Source: Octopus vulgaris (Eukaryota). From it: 64,000 bases of DNA. The stretch covers positions 78,988,001 through 79,052,000 of the forward strand of contig OX597822.1 of the NCBI GenBank assembly GCA_951406725.2. Reading direction: 5' to 3'. The translations under genes and the position numbers were made by a program. The stretch's first letter is position 1; each line of letters begins with the position of its first letter. This document shows positions 14,048 to 27,055 of this stretch, piece after piece. The notes under the pieces were generated by a model. That model ran no database searches and was not told where the DNA came from. It saw nothing but the letters and a program-made list of their open reading frames with translations.

Positions 14048-14400
14048 GGCACAAAAGTAGCTGTGTGGTAAATAGCTTGCTTACCAACCACATAGTTCCA
14101 GGTTCAGTCCGACTGCATGGCACTTTGGACAAGCCTCGGTCAACTAAAGCCTTATGAGAAATATATACAATGGGCTTCTTTGCCCATTGTATATGTGTGT
14201 GTGTGTGTGTGTTTGCCCCCCCCCCCACACACACACACAATCGCTTGTTGCTGTGCTTATGTCCCTGTAACTTAGCAGTTCGGCAAGACACCGATAGAAT
14301 AAGCACTAGGCTTACAAAGAATAAGTCCTGGGGTCAATTTGTTTGACTAAAGGCGGTGCTCCAGCATGGCCACAGTCAAATGACTGAAACAAGTAAAAGA
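14048..14400 (+). mobile_element. tRNA-derived SINE, family A (near full length)
   Basis: Head tagctgtgtggtaa...ggttcagtcc (A/B-box-like), body cttagcagttcggcaag...gataGAATAAG, tail ctccagcatggccacagtcaaatgactgaaacaagtaaaag; same family recurs at ~10338, 16237, 19450, 38525, 41800 (+) and ~2368, 25316, 40720, 47180, 56915 (-). Confidence 0.8.
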
Positions 14401-15162
14401 ATACTAGCTGAATAGCCTGTCATTGCCAGGCAATTTTTACAATAGAATGTCTTATGTAAAGTTTTGTTTATTTCATGTCAGACCATGCTTTCCCCAACAG
14501 ATAGGCTTCTTGATCAAGACAGATTTGTGTAATTTTTTGCTAAAAAATTATGTTGAGGATTTTTTTCCTTTTTAAATTATTTACATGTCTATTTGACCAT
14601 TTCACATGACTTTATTCCTTAAAACTTATTAAAACTTCAGAAGTTCTTACAACTTTGGTCATCGTAATGCTTTGCATTCGTTTGTTTAATAAAAATTATT
14701 CCTGATAATGATTTTGCTTTCATTTTGTGATAGACAGTTATCATACAGAAAATGCTAGTTTCCAAATCCTGTTTTATGATTAAGTAAAATTGATTAAACT
14801 TTAAACCTCACTAACATTTTCCTGTAATTTTTCAGGAACAAATAAATAACAAAATCGGATTTAACATGGAAAATTATTTCAATATACCATATTTGAAAAT
14901 TTTGACGTAATTTTAAAATGTCACAATAGGTGACAGCAACAGGGAAGACCCTTCAAAAGTAGGGAGGCAGACAGTTATAAGATATCACACACACTGAGGT
15001 AATCACAAGTTGAAAATGGTGTGTAGTAGACTTATGTATGTACATATGCATGCATACATATATATGTATGTGTGTAGAAAAGCCACTTACCCCCTCTCTC
15101 CTTAAAGATATGTATGCTTCACACTTATCTGTCTCTCACTTGCTCCGCATTTTAGAATTTAC

Positions 15163-15211
<49 letters not shown>

Positions 15212-15574
15212 TGTGTGTGTGCAAATGGATCATCATTGTTTCAATTCCCTGCTGGCATGGGTTGGATGAATACATAGGTGTGTCTTAACTTTCTCAGAGA
15301 TAACTTTGCATATAAATCTGAAGTGAATAGAATACTCCTATATATTTATAGGGAGTAAATGAAAATGACATGCTCACAACTACACACACACACACACACA
15401 CACAAACATATAATGAAACACCACTGAAGAATTAACCTGAAAGAGAATCACACATGCAGGTCTGCACTGAAGCTCACACACCTATACATGTGCTTCTGAT
15501 TGCAGTCTTTGATCCAAATTGCTTATCTACTTACATATGCATAAATTAATTAATGATTATAAGACAATACATAC

Positions 15575-15638
15575 CTCCTCATCACCACCTTGAAGAGGAT
15601 GGATGACATAGGTTTCATTGCGCAGCTGTATGACACCC
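15575..15638 (-). CDS. ADAM-family protein, prodomain exon
   Basis: Acceptor ttttcttttttgcaactacAG, donor GAG|GTATGT; 64 nt, phase 2 to 0; GVIQLRNETYVIHPLQGGDEE fits the propeptide G-x-I...Y-x-I-x-P motif; the NET-x-VIHP-x-x-GGD form recalls Drosophila mind-meld (from memory). Confidence 0.95.
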
Positions 15639-16236
15639 CTGTAGTTGCAAAAAAGAAAATAAAGAGAGATATATGAATGATACATGAAGCATAAAAAATA
15701 CAAGAGATGAGACCCATAAATCCACACACAAGAAGTACATAACACTGTGCCTTGTTGCAGTCATGTGCCCCACTAGAAATAACAACCTAATTACCATCAA
15801 ATTAAACTGTAACATCAGAAAAAAAAAAGAAAGAACATATTAAATAATGTAGATACACTTTACCTAAAAATATGATGGGATGGTCATGACCTTAATGCCT
15901 TTGATCACAGGTTTACTTGATCAGGGCTGATTTGGGGTTGAACAATAACATCATCATTATACAACATGTAGAGAAAATTCCAGACTAAGTGAACTGTACC
16001 AGAAAATGTATGTTACCATTAAACAAACATGCATTGCCTCAGTTGTTGGGTTTTCAGCAAAATGGTAAGAACACTTGCTGGACTCCGTTAGAGAACATGG
16101 TTTTAATTTCAGTTCCTCAATAGTATTTCCACCCAATAAAAGTGTATTTTTGAACTCGGCTGCAATTGTTTTCTCTTCTTCCAAGTAAGTTTCTTTAGAT
16201 ATTCAGTTTGAAAACAATCCTGTTTTGTTCATCAAC

Positions 16237-16590
16237 AGGCATGGCTGTGTGGTTAGGAAACTTGCTTTGCAATCACATGGTTTCAGGTGCAATCTGATTG
16301 TATGGCACTGTAGCCCCAGACTGACCAATGCTTGTCTATGAATTTGGTAGATGCAAACTGTGTGGAAACCTGTTACATACATGTATATGAATCTTTGTGT
16401 TTGTAACCCACCCACTGCTTGACACTGGTGCTGGTTTGTTTACATCCCTATAACTTAGCAGTTTGGGAAAAAAGACTGATAGAATAAATATTAGGCTTAA
16501 AAGAAAAATCCTGGGACCAATTTGTACAACTAAACACTTCTAGTTTGTGCACCAGCATGGCCATAGTCTAATTACTGAAACAAGTAAATG
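16237..16590 (+). mobile_element. SINE family A copy
   Basis: aggcatggctgtgtggttaggaaacttgc head through actgaaacaagtaaa tail. Confidence 0.75.
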
Positions 16591-17449
16591 AGAAAAATAA
16601 ATGAAATAACCACCATCCTCAATCATCTCAATTTTTCAATTCTGCACAATAGTTTGCTGCTGCCTTACCATTTGAATTTTCCATTACAACCTGAACATTA
16701 TGGATTCCTGATTTTGTTTTCTAGACATGTCAAAAGATCCATAACTTAAGGAAAATATTTTCTTACTTCCCCACTCCCTTAATTTCAATTTTCTTGTATT
16801 TTCTTTGGACTATGACAAACAGACAGTCTTAGTATGGATGGTGGTAATGCCTGAGAAATACTTGACTTGCAAGATGTGAAACTAATTTATAAAGAATTCT
16901 GAACTGAAAGCAATGACATGCAAATGATAATGCTGATGACAAATATGAAAGAGATGAAACTGAGACACAAATGAAGGAATTTTCAGTTAAACAAAAACAA
17001 TGTTATTTTTAAGAGTGTTGAAGATGGAAAGTAGATGATAATGGAAGCACAGAGAGAGAGGTGGGGAGTCATGTATTGTCACTATAGTAAGACATCAGCA
17101 CTTGTCCCTCCATCATACTTTAAACCTCTCAATACCAGCCATAAAACCATCTGTCCCCTCTCAAATACTCCCGACCAACTTAGTCAAGGGAGTTGTCCTT
17201 TTTTCCTTTTCCTGGCTTGCAAGTTACTTGGTGATCTCATTAGTGGCATCCAGTCATAGAAACCATGCCAAAGATGACCTAGGTGTTTACTGGATCCTGT
17301 CAAAACAGTCCAAACCATGTCAGCACTGGAATTGGATATCAAATGACGATGATGATGATTGATTGATTGATTGATTGATTGATTAATTTATAGATAGACA
17401 AACAGAAAGAAAGACCGGCAGATAGATAGACATTGAAGAGTTTTCTTAC

Positions 17450-17532
17450 CTGATCCCATTACATGTGCTGACTGCAACACTTGACCATTCATCTCGTTTG
17501 ACCTTGCCATGGTAATAACAGTGCTCGACATT
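17450..17532 (-). CDS. ADAM-family protein, prodomain exon with HCYYHG...STCNG motif
   Basis: Acceptor tgttgtttcAG, donor CAG|GTAAGA; 83 nt, phase 0 to 2; NVEHCYYHGKVKRDEWSSVAVSTCNGI(R) is the diagnostic ADAM/reprolysin (M12B) propeptide motif. Confidence 0.96.
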
Positions 17533-17836
17533 CTGAAACAACATTAACAAAAAAACAAATAGAAATGTTTTCATGAAAATATAAACAAATTTACACAGAT
17601 TAGCATAATAATTTCTTAGAGTGGAAGCTCTTTCTTCTCTTCTTTCGTAAGAAATTAGTTGGCTTCTCTTTGATCACATTCCAAATCCTTTATACTAAAT
17701 GGTGTCATAATGTGCTGAAGTTAGTACTTTTTCTCTCTTTCTTTTAGTTTTTTTTTTTGAAGAGAAATAATTAGAAAGTTGTTCTTGTTCTAGATAAAGC
17801 ATCTATTTTTATAATTAATATATTTTTATAATTAAT

Positions 17837-18056
17837 ATGGCAGCAAGCCAGTAGAATTGTTAACATGCTGGAAAAAATAATTACTGGTATTTCGCTTGTT
17901 ACTACATTCCGAGTTCAAATTCTGTCAAAGTCAACTTTGCCTTTCATCCTTTCAGGGTTGATAAAATAAGTACCAGTTGAACACTGGGGTCGATGTAATC
18001 TCATCCCACAAAATTGCTGCCCTTGTGGCAAAATTTGAAATTATTATTATTATTAT
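17837..18056 (+). mobile_element. SINE family B with (ATT)n tail
   Basis: gagttcaaattc B-box-like motif, core ttgcctttcatcctttcagggttgataaaataagtaccag shared with many copies (18790, 26840, 27056, 37200, 43920-44590, 56590). Confidence 0.8.
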
Positions 18057-18710
18057 ATGTTTGACTTTTGATTTTTATTTGTACAAGTTGGCACCAAGTC
18101 TCACCCAGAGACCTCAAAAGACAAGTTAGAAGTTCATGTTGGTGTTATGCCTAGGGTGCCATATATTTTTGCACATAGTATGGTTCTAGAGAATGTTTAT
18201 GAACACATAAGAAAATTATGAGGCTGTTTTAAAATTTGAAATTACATAGACGGTATTTTATGTAGGATATGGGCAGTTCCCATAAGCACTATCTTTTGAA
18301 TTTCTGCCATTTTGGGGTTTCCTGGTATCTGAGCTAGGTAGCAATCAGCCTCTTTTGCTATCATTCCATAGGCACCTATGATAACAGGTATTGTTTTAGC
18401 TTTGAGGTTCCACATTTTGCCAATTTCTATTTCAAGATCTTTATACTTGCTCAGTTTTTTGGTAGGTCTTGATAGATACATTTATGTCGATTGGGACAGT
18501 CATATAAATGAGGAGGCATGATTTTTCTCTGAAGTCTTTCAATGTCTGGCCTATTCACATCTATCTTTCTATCAGTTTGAATGGTGAAGTTCCAGAGGAG
18601 TGAGATGCGATCATTTTCAAGCATTGGAGATGGTTTGTGTTCTCACCAGTTTTTATCATGGAGCAGGTCCAGGTTCTTGCAAATTACCCAGTGAATATAT
18701 TGTGCTGCTC
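18057..18710 (-). mobile_element. 5'-truncated R4/Dong-clade non-LTR retrotransposon (restriction-like endonuclease and 3' UTR)
   Basis: Frameshifted peptides AAQYIHWVICKNL, LWNFTIQTDRKIDVNRPDI, CLLIYMTVPIDINVS, KLSKYKDLEIEIGKMWNLKAKTIPVIIGAYGMI...IQKIVLMGTAHILHK; (TAA)n at both ends. Confidence 0.88.
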
Positions 18711-18758
<48 letters not shown>

Positions 18759-18787
18759 TACTACTACTACTACTACTATTATTATTT
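18711..18787. repeat. (ATT)n/(ACT)n microsatellite
   Basis: Directly visible. Confidence 0.95.
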
Positions 18788-19810
18788 TTAAGGTGGCAAA
18801 CTGGTGGAATTGTTAGCATGCAAGACAAAATGCTAAGTGGCATTTCTTTGAGCTTTATGCTCTGAGGTCAATAGCCACTGAAGTTGACTTTGCTTTCATC
18901 TTTTTGGGGTCGATAAAATAAATACCAGTAGAACACTGGAGTTTTGATAATTGACTAGTTCCTTCCACTAAATTTCAAGCCTTGTGCCTCTAGGTTTTAC
19001 TTAAGGGAGCATTTGAATATGCAAAATGTATTTGGAGAATAACTTGTTGCAGCAAAGGTAAAATAACATTTAACAAAGAATCTAAAAGAAAAGAAAAATC
19101 ATCCACCCCATCACAACTGTTGCCTCCCTCCAATCATCATCAACATTAATGAATTCTCACAATCACATACAGCAACAAGTTTGTAGAGTAAGACTGAGAC
19201 TAAAATTAAATTAATATATTTAAATTTATGCTGAAATGCTTAATGTGGCAAATATTAGAATCTAATTAGAAAAATTTGTGTTGATAAAAAGACAACATTA
19301 ATTCATAATTATCTTATCAAGAACAAGAGAAAACTCTAGAATGTTTTGGTGTTACGTAACCTATTCAGTGGAACATAGACTTCACAATATTTGCTAAAGC
19401 AATGATGAAGAAGTCACTAAGGTAGTTGTAGAATGGTGTACATAAGGTGCAGGCATAACTGTGAGGTTAAGAAGCTCACTTTAAAATCACATGGTGTCTT
19501 CTGCAACAGCACCATAGCCCTAGGCTAACCAATACCATGGGAGTGAAATATGGTAGACAGACGCCTGTCATATAAATGTGTGTATGTGTGTGTGTGTGCA
19601 GTTTCTTATTTAGCTATAGGACCATCAATTTTGAGCAAAGGGACTCAGTCCACAGTACCTATCTGGTACTTTATATTAGGATGAAAAATGAAATTGACCT
19701 TGGTGGGAGCAGAATGTAAAGAACGTAAAGAAATACCACAAGGTATTTTTCTGATGCTCTCACAATTCTACTAATTCAACATAGATAAAAAAAATTCTGG
19801 AATGACTTAC

Positions 19811-19877
19811 TCTTAAAATGATTTGTTGATTCTTGTTCATGTATTGTTTGACAACAATATCCTTTGACAGCAGTTCC
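19811..19877 (-). CDS. ADAM-family protein, prodomain exon (most upstream exon found in window)
   Basis: Acceptor ctttcttcttgtatctttcAG, donor AGA|GTAAGT; 67 nt, phase 2 to 0; encodes (x)ELLSKDIVVKQYMNKNQQIILR and joins in frame to the HCYYHG exon. Confidence 0.85.
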
Positions 19878-19992
19878 CTGAAAGATACAAGAAGAAAGGT
19901 AAATGAAAAAAAAAGACATATATATATATATTAATATATATACTAGCATGGAAAACGGACGCTAAACGATGATGATGATGATATATATATAC

Positions 19993-20150
19993 ACTCTCGG
20001 AGTGGTTGGCGTTAGGAAGGGCATCCAGCTGTAGAAACACTGCCAGATCTGACTGGCCTGGTGCAGCCTTCGGGCTTGCCAGACCCCAGTTGAACTGTCC
20101 AACCCATGCTAGCATGGAAAGCGGACGTTAAACGATGATGATGATGATGA
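19993..20150 (+). mobile_element. Retroposon family C with (GAT)n tail
   Basis: gtggttggcgttaggaagggcatccagctgtagaaac...aacccatgctagcatggaaagcggacgttaaacgatgatgatg; CpGs retained (young); copies at ~5070, 6600, 45755, 46520 (+) and ~48825, 55150, 55670 (-). Confidence 0.8.
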
Positions 20151-20164
20151 TATATGTGTGTGTG

Positions 20165-20790
20165 TGTGTAAATTGTCGCCATTATATATTTTTAATTTTC
20201 GTGCATGCACATTTTTTGTTTTTGATTTTGTCAACTACGCAGCATAGTAGGGTCAGTTGGGCACTGTCTGTGAGAAAAACAGCACCATGACGCAATTCAT
20301 TCTGCCAGAAATTTGGAAATGAGATGCAGTACTGCTTGGCATTCATGTCAGAAGCTCCAATAAGAACATTTCAGTGTGTTTGGGTGTCAATCTCAGGACA
20401 ATGTAATCTGAGGACATGTACTGAGAGTGATAAAAATCAAACATCCAGTCAACATCATGGCATTTGGAGTGATCACTAGTGATGGTGACATTATGGCTCA
20501 ATTCATCTTCCCACACAACCTCAGACTCAACATGGAGTCCTACATCAAGTGTCTGGAGGAAGTAATGCTGTCCTGGGTCAAGAGGGTGGCTGCTAGAAGA
20601 CTATGTCTGGCAACAGGACTCTGCACCATGCCACACAAGTAGGAGAACCAAGTCACGGCTGTCAGACAATTTCTGCGACCACATCACCCCTAACATCTGG
20701 TCACCTAACTCCTCAGACTTCAACCCTATTGATTATTATGTGTGGGGTGCAGTTGAGTGAGTGACCAACAAATCCCCTCATCAAATGAAA
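20165..20790 (+). pseudogene. Tc1/mariner superfamily transposase relic, DD37D (maT) type
   Basis: KHPVNIMAFGVITSDG...FIFP..LRLN.E.YIKCLEEVML.WVK, then after a frameshift YVWQQDSAPCHTSRRTKSRLSDNFCDHITPNIWSPNSSDFNPIDYYVWGAVE; 37 residues between the second and third catalytic Asp; internally deleted. Confidence 0.9.
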
Positions 20791-22376
20791 AAAAACAAAA
20801 AAAAACAATGTAGAAGCAGAAGAATAACAGCCAACCAATGAGTAAATGCAAAAATGCAAGCCAATGGAACAAACATAGACATGAGACCATATCATTTAAT
20901 ATAAATATATAAACAGCCAAACTGATTTGTAACAGTTCTCTCCTCACAATTGCAGGGGCATGAAATTTAAGTACTGAGACAAAACTTTAGATTCTGTAAA
21001 CCCTGTAGTGTATGTGTGTGTGTGTGTGTACATGTGTTGGGAGAGAAGGAGAGAGAGTGTACGTTTATGGAAGTATTCTTCAAATGACAAACTAAGGTCC
21101 ATATTATGGGAAGCTACACATTACAGTTAGCCTTTTACAACCATGTGACATGAGGTAATGAGGTTATTACTCAAACTGTTAGAAATTGTCAAATCTCTCA
21201 ATATTAAACAAAGCCCACAATGAATAATGTAATTTAGGATTACGTATACAACATCACAAAAAAAAAAAACCATGGACATAACTGGAATGCCTCTTTTAAT
21301 GGCTTGATTTGGGAGAACAAGCTATGCTCATCAACTTTGTAAGCAGAGACCAATGAGATCAACAATTAATGTTACCCTTTGCTAGAAAAAAAAAATCCAA
21401 GGAAATTTCAGAGGTTCAATGGTCTGATGATGGATAACCAAGTGTAGGAATTAGTATGGAGTATGGGGAAGGGAGAAAATCAAGTTAACAAGATGACAAA
21501 TGAGTGAGTTGTGGGTATTGGAGAGTGGGTGGCACAAGATCAGCCAGTTTGAAGGAACAGAGGCCAATATAGTAATAGAAGAGAAGGTATACTGAGGAGG
21601 CAACACATCTGTAGGCCAAGGCTGAACTTGGGGCCTAGACAAGTTTTGAATAGTGATTTAGTTCACCTATTTGGATTTGTGTCTGCAAGTGAGGAGCAGG
21701 TTCCACTGGAACATTTGAGAAAGTCAATGCAAAAGAGACTGGCATTTTATCCCAGGATGTGACCAGCTTTCATCCATTTCATGATTTACAGGGCTAGTGC
21801 TCTGTTCTGATTTTATGAGTTTGAAGAGATTTACTGACATCTGCAGATACATAAACATTCAAATACATATCAATGTATATGTCATGACTGAGTGTGTGAA
21901 TGTGAATAGACCCCACCCCACACACACATTTTAAATTTAGAGATGATAAATAGTACTCAATGCATATAGTAGAGTACATTAATATATTTGAAGCTGAAGT
22001 TTCTCTCTAAAGCTAATTTATATACACACAAATATATACAAATACATACATAGAGGTGTGTATGCATGCATGCATGACTGCATAAATGTGAGTGAGTATA
22101 TGCATATATATACATGTAAGTGCATCTGGTTGAGTGTGGGAGCTTATCTCCCCCTGTGTGTGTGTGCATGCATATATATATATATATACATCTTTGTACA
22201 TGTATGTGTATAGATATGCATTGATTATTGAAAGACTTCTTTAGAAATTGATCTGGATACCTGTAGCTATAGGCAACAGATAATTACAAGGTATTCATAA
22301 GATGTTTTCTACTCCCTGTACTATTATTCTAGATTGTTACTTTCTTACACACACACACATATGAATGTGTGAATAT

Positions 22377-22437
<61 letters not shown>

Positions 22438-23414
22438 TATAAATATATATATGAAATATTGCATAAATGCAATATACATAAGCTACAACTAGAATTCTTC
22501 CAGAGTTCTATGCTATCATCTTTGATAATGAAACAGAATGGTGCCAGGACTTTTGAAAACTGATTTTCCATTGAAAAGGATCCAAGACAAAAAAAAGACT
22601 TCTTTTCATTAACTAAAATATTCTTTTCAGGAGGAAAAAAATAACAAGTTTGTTTGTTTGTTTGTTTGTTTGTGTGTGTGTGTGTGAATGACAGAAAGAG
22701 AGAGAATGTGTAAGTTCTTATATTTTTATTTAGCAAAGGTATGTGCATATTCGCTTGTGCATAAGAGTCTTTGCATATATTTATAAAAGTGTGTGTGTTT
22801 GTCTGCACACATGTAATAAACCAAATCTATGAAACAGTCAAGACACACACATACACACATGCACACACACGCACACACACATCTCAAAGAGAGTGAAGCA
22901 CAAATCTGAAAGTGTTACACGATATACAAATCAGCTTCTGCACTGTTTTGAGTTATGAGTTCTACAACTATCCACTGCTGGTCTATGCTGCTATATCATG
23001 CTTCACAAAGGGGTATAAAGCATAAAGGAGGAGGTGCAGCTTCCCCTCCACCCCTGCCAAACTATCAACTCGAACTAGGAATCTTTATTTGATAACTATG
23101 AGTTGTAATATCCTTATCTACTCTGTCCATGCCACACGTACATAGCCAAAAATAAGACACCTGAAGATGATGATGATGATTGGAGATTGGTTGATTGAAA
23201 TATAGAGTAGATGCAAATATTGTGAATATCCTGTAAATATAAGGTTAATTAATGGTCTGCAAAATTATAATTTTAAAAGAAGTAACCTATTTTGTTACAA
23301 AAAAAGATAAGTGAGTCATTAGGTTCCTAGACAGTCTCAACTGAGAGCTGAACTGTATACAGCTGACAGATCATGGCTATATAATGTTTGAATTTCTATG
23401 TATATTCACAAAGC

Positions 23415-23790
23415 AGTGGTGCAATGGCCCAGTGGTTAGGGCAGTGGACTCATGGTCATAGGACTGCAGTTTTGATTCCCAGACCGGGCATTGTTAGTGT
23501 TTATTGAGTGAAAACACTTAAAGATCCACGAGACTGGCAAGGTGTGGTGGTGAACCCTACTGTACTCTTTCTCCACAACTTTCTCTCACTCTTTCTTCCA
23601 GTTTCTGTTGTACCTGTATTTCAAAGGGCCAGCATTGTCACACTGTGTCATGCTGAATCTCCCTGAGAACTACATTAAGGGTACACGTGTCTGTGGAATG
23701 CTCAGCCACTTGCATGTTAATTTCATGAGCAGGCTGTTCTGTTGATTGAATTAACTGGAGCCCTCATTGTCATAACTGACGGAGTGCCAC
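23415..23790 (+). mobile_element. tRNA-derived SINE, family E (full length)
   Basis: A box tggcccagtggttagggc, B box gttttgattccc; body matches an inverted fragment at ~37605-37720; related head at ~34878. Confidence 0.7.
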
Positions 23791-25221
23791 ATTACATGCA
23801 CAAATCTATGATTTGTTTCAATTTCATATTGGGAGCACTTGATTTCTATTCACACTGCTATTGCATTGCAACTGTGACCAAGACCTTAAATCATCTAATC
23901 TTCAGTTTCCAAGTAGGTACTTTAGAGTAGTAATATAGTTTGCTGCTGTTGACAGTGGTGGCACTGTGGCATAACAAATACTTTATTTGCATTTTTTATT
24001 TTGATAACATCGGGGGAGGCAGGACAGTAGATATACTTTCAGACACCCTCAGACTGGTGAAGCTGATGTGGCAATAACTAATCTGAATGCATGTAGATTA
24101 CTGTCTGCAAGAAAATGTGGCTAAGGAGGAAAGTGGTACACTCTGTCTATCTCACCCATATCTATGTTGTTTAACCACCCCTCCTTTTTTCTTATTTTTC
24201 CTTGGTGAGATAGTTATGAGTTTTTTCTTTCCTTCCTTTCTTCCGGTAAAAGTATGTTGTTAATAAGTAAAACTCTATTAATTGTGAAAAAAATTGAAAT
24301 ATTAAAATTTGAAAATTTGCAACAGAGCACATTCTGCTGTTAGCAGCCAAACACAGTTAATGGTGGTGTTCAACGGGAGTGGGCAATTTGGTATATCACC
24401 TAATACTAGACCTGCAATGTTGAGTTCAATACATCATAGAGCAGTGAGACTGATCAGTGATCCTGTCAAGAGGAAGATACAGTTCCTGGCTGTGTAATAC
24501 TGCAAAATACTAGAGATGAGGACTGGACACCAACTTGACAGATCATTTTCATTCCGAAAGAGTTTAGATTTAGCTATGTCAAAATAATGATTCAATATTT
24601 GGTGCTCATGTTACATTTATATAATCTCTTCAAGATTTAAATGCTGAATGACATGGCAGTTAAGACGGTGGCTTTGAACTGATCTGAAGTGAGCTGAGCT
24701 GATTTGAACTGCAAATGGTCTGTTGTTCTAGGGCTGGATTCAGTTCAGCATGTGAAACAGAAAAAGTAACTGTCATATCATTTAATCATTTTAATACAAA
24801 CCTGTCAGAGACTATCTCTGTTTCCATAATACAAAACTGACTGTTTTAAAGTACATTCCAAAATCTAATTAATAATTAAAAAGTTAATTATATTTATGAT
24901 TTCTTTAAAAATTAATTGAACCACATATGCTGTGTATTTTCCCAGATATATGCTCGTTTAAAGTTTAAGTGACCTTCTTCTCAATAGCTAAGTCAGCAGG
25001 CAACTACCATCAATCACTCCTAGTACTACTATAGTCACCATCACAATGACCACAACCAATAATAATGACACCAGCACCAGGATTACCACTGTAAGAACAT
25101 AGCCATTACTTTCACCAAAACCACTACCACCAAACAACCTATACTCTCTATCTCCCTGCTACCCTTTGATTGCTTGTCTTTCTTTGCCTCTTTATCTTTT
25201 CACTGCTTTCTCTTTTTATAC

Positions 25222-25253
<32 letters not shown>

Positions 25254-25689
25254 GTGATGATCATTCACAATTCTTGCATGAAGTCAAGATAAGGAGATAC
25301 ACACATATACAAAAGGGTTCTTTCAATTTCCATCTACTAAATCCACTCAGAAGGCTTTAGCTGGCCTGGAGCTACAGTAGAAAACACTCACCTATGGTAC
25401 CATGCAATAGAACTGAACCTTAAACAATATGGTTGAGAAATAAACACCCCTTTGTGCATTTTACCTGTATATGTTACATGCACAGTATATTCATAACATT
25501 GTGTGTAGTGGTGCTGTTGGTGGTGATGATAATGATGGCTGTTATTTTGTTGACATTTAATTCATGTTTCTAAATTTTATTTATTAATTTTTTGCTTTTC
25601 ACGCAGAATTTTGTTTTATTTACAACTTTTTTTTCCATTTATTGACTTGCATCAAAAAACTTGACAGATAATAAATGGTAACAAGAAAT

Positions 25690-26150
25690 TATGGAGAGTG
25701 GTGGTGGTGGTGGTGGAGTAGTGTTGATGAAAGTAACAATGGAGAGCACCACTGGTGGTGGTAGTGGTGCAAATGATGATGGTGATGGTGGTGCAAATGA
25801 TGATGGTGATAGTGGTGGTGGAAATGATGACAATGATGGTAGTGGTGGTGGTGTAAGTGATGATAGTGATAACAATAATGTTAATTCTGAGAGTGATGAA
25901 GATGACTATATATAATGGTGTGACAACAATGATTAATATATTAGTGATGGTGGGGGCGCTTGTCGTTATAATGATGGTAAAAATAGCCATCATCATGATT
26001 GGCTGCTGATGATGGGAATCATGATGTTGATGGTGAATATAATAGCAGTTTAGGTTTTGGTGTTATAGGTGCTAGTGGTGCTGGCCAAAATGTAGGAACA
26101 ACAGAAATAGCTGCAACAGTGGCGGTGACAACAATGGTGATAATAGGGAA
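25690..26150. repeat. Degenerate (GGT)/(GAT) trinucleotide low-complexity tract
   Basis: Directly visible; similar tracts at 47670-47850, 49080-49320 and 63280-63650. Confidence 0.85.
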
Positions 26151-27055
26151 GGAGGGGGAAGATTCAGGAACATAAAAAGACGTGATGCATTCAATTCATA
26201 GAGGCTTCCTCACATTTTAAATAAATGAGAAATATTAGAGACACTCCTTCTTAGATAGAATGGCACTTTATTTTATTTGATATTATTTCTTAATTTTTTT
26301 TTTCTTCTCCAAACTTCAATATGGAAATTATTATGGTAGATAATTGGATTGAAATAATAATGATGGATGGTCTCAGCTGCTGGTGTGTGTACATGTGTGC
26401 TTGTATATGTGTGTGAATGAGTGAATGTACACTAGAGTGCTACACATTATATGATGGGTAGTTTTGGAAGTATACATTTGCTACCATGGGTAATACCAGG
26501 AAATATTGCATACATACAATAATTATAATTTAGCTTTTATCAAATTTCTTGGTGCTCATGCAAAATTACAAAATGATAACAAATTTCGAAAAGCACAATA
26601 CTTATTACCTTAAAATAAAATTAAATAAAACAAATTTGTCATCTGTATAACTCTTCCCATACTCTGTTATTTACTCCCTCTCCTCCTCCTCTTGCCTCTA
26701 TGATTCCTTCTCTAACATTGTGTAAGTGTATAGCATTCAGCTTGTACTTCTTACACTAATTCTCTCCTCTTATTTCTTTCTATATGATGTTAAGCATATC
26801 TAGAGAAGTCAAACAACCAGCTAAAATTTCTGTCAGCTAGAATCATTTTGCCTTTCATCCTTGATTAAATAAGTACCAGTTACCCACTGGGGTCGATGTA
26901 ATTAACTTAATCCCTTTGTCTGTCCTTGTTTGTCCCCTCTATGTTTAACCCCCTGCGGCGATTAAAGAAATAATTATCATCATATAGATATGATTGTCTT
27001 TTCATACTGATGTGAATCACAATTAAGACAAAAGTACTCAATACTGTTAGGTAGT

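Noticed and set aside
15957-16184. Non-repetitive-looking 75-aa minus-strand ORF inside an ADAM intron
   Set aside because: No good acceptor/donor pair, no motif, and the flanking ADAM exons already join in phase
23415-23490. tRNA gene
   Set aside because: A/B boxes are present, but it continues into a dispersed repeat body and lacks a good cloverleaf; it is a SINE head
25691-25915. Gly/Asp-rich ORF
   Set aside because: Degenerate GGT/GAT trinucleotide tract with no splice support
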